Below are positions 63,640-64,000 of a stretch of DNA of 64,000 bases, piece by piece. Position 1 is the stretch's first letter. Each line of letters starts with the position of its first letter. This DNA is from Gemmatimonadales bacterium (GTDB lineage: Bacteria > Gemmatimonadota > Gemmatimonadetes > Gemmatimonadales > GWC2-71-9), in NCBI GenBank assembly GCA_046327735.1, contig JAXLXZ010000012.1:68102-132101 (forward strand), written 5' to 3'. Made by a program: the position numbers and the translations under genes. Below the pieces are notes generated by a model, which made no database searches, was not told the origin of the DNA, and saw only the letters and a program-made list of their open reading frames with translations.

Positions 63640-64000
63640 ATGGCGAGACCGAGTGCGAAGTACCTCCGCGGGAAGCGCATCGACCCGAAGCCGATCACCG
63701 GGCAGGAGTCGGTCGCGGACCTCATGGACAACGCTTTCCTCGCGTACAACGCGGGGCGGCTCCGGGAAGGGTGCCAGCTCTTCACCCAGCGGATGCTGGA
63801 ACCGAACGTGACGGTGGGGATGAGCCTCACCGGCGCCATGACGCCCGCCGGGCTCGGGATGAGCTCGCTCATTCCGCTGATGGAGGCGGGATTCGTCGAC
63901 TGGATCATTTCCACCGGCGCCAACCTGTATCACGACGCCCACTTTGCGCTGGGCCTCGCACTCCACCAGGGGACGCCCAACGCGAACGACGTGGAGCTCC
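63640..64000 (+). CDS. Deoxyhypusine synthase-like protein, N-terminal part (3' end outside window)
   Basis: Frame 1 is open from ATG 63640 to the window end: [21 protein letters not shown]...[11 protein letters not shown]...[16 protein letters not shown]. The STGANLYHD and GAMTxAG motifs are typical of the DHS / DHS-like NAD-binding family. It is absent from the ORF track because no stop is reached. Confidence 0.8.
   Translation, partial: MARPSAKYLRGKRIDPKPITGQESVADLMDNAFLAYNAGRLREGCQLFTQRMLEPNVTVGMSLTGAMTPAGLGMSSLIPLMEAGFVDWIISTGANLYHDAHFALGLALHQGTPNANDVEL

Overview
This is a high-GC (roughly 68-70% by eye) bacterial chromosomal window that is densely coding on both strands. I support about 66 protein genes and one RNase P RNA, and I saw no tRNA or rRNA.

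The content is core housekeeping:
- dnaN 3' end, arginase, and an ArsR/SRPBCC pair
- a same-strand array rnpB / small ORF / two paralogous secreted proteins / mtgA / hydrolase
- two Hanks-type Ser/Thr kinases flanking an AraC-type regulator and pyrE
- a GWxTD lipoprotein, polA plus a pilin-like gene, a large multidomain PQQ-type sugar dehydrogenase lipoprotein, and an MMPL transporter
- a matrixin-like protease, RNase D, ferredoxins, a PlpD-like patatin/Omp85 protein, and def
- a complete sufR-sufBCDSU operon extended by a bacilliredoxin-like gene
- an ABC-2 exporter, then mnmG, two parS sites, and a parA-parB-M23 peptidase-bactofilin operon
- a BMP-type ABC importer, plsC, queG, ndh, a LOG protein, and a deoxyhypusine-synthase-like gene

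The repertoire (GWxTD, TPR-kinases, very high GC) suggests a Gemmatimonadota-like lineage, but that is inference only.

I found no CRISPR array, no transposase, integrase or phage genes, and no recognisable restriction, toxin-antitoxin or other defence genes. I therefore cannot support a claim of a novel defence or mobile system here.

The best candidates for something under-described are:
- the translationally coupled parAB-M23-bactofilin operon
- the tandem paralogous secreted proteins coupled to mtgA
- the pseudo-receiver AraC regulator between two Ser/Thr kinases
- the suf operon tail (bacilliredoxin plus an unknown 94-aa protein)
- the PlpD-like type Vd protein

Many very long ORFs in the six-frame track are GC-driven antisense or out-of-frame shadows and were rejected.
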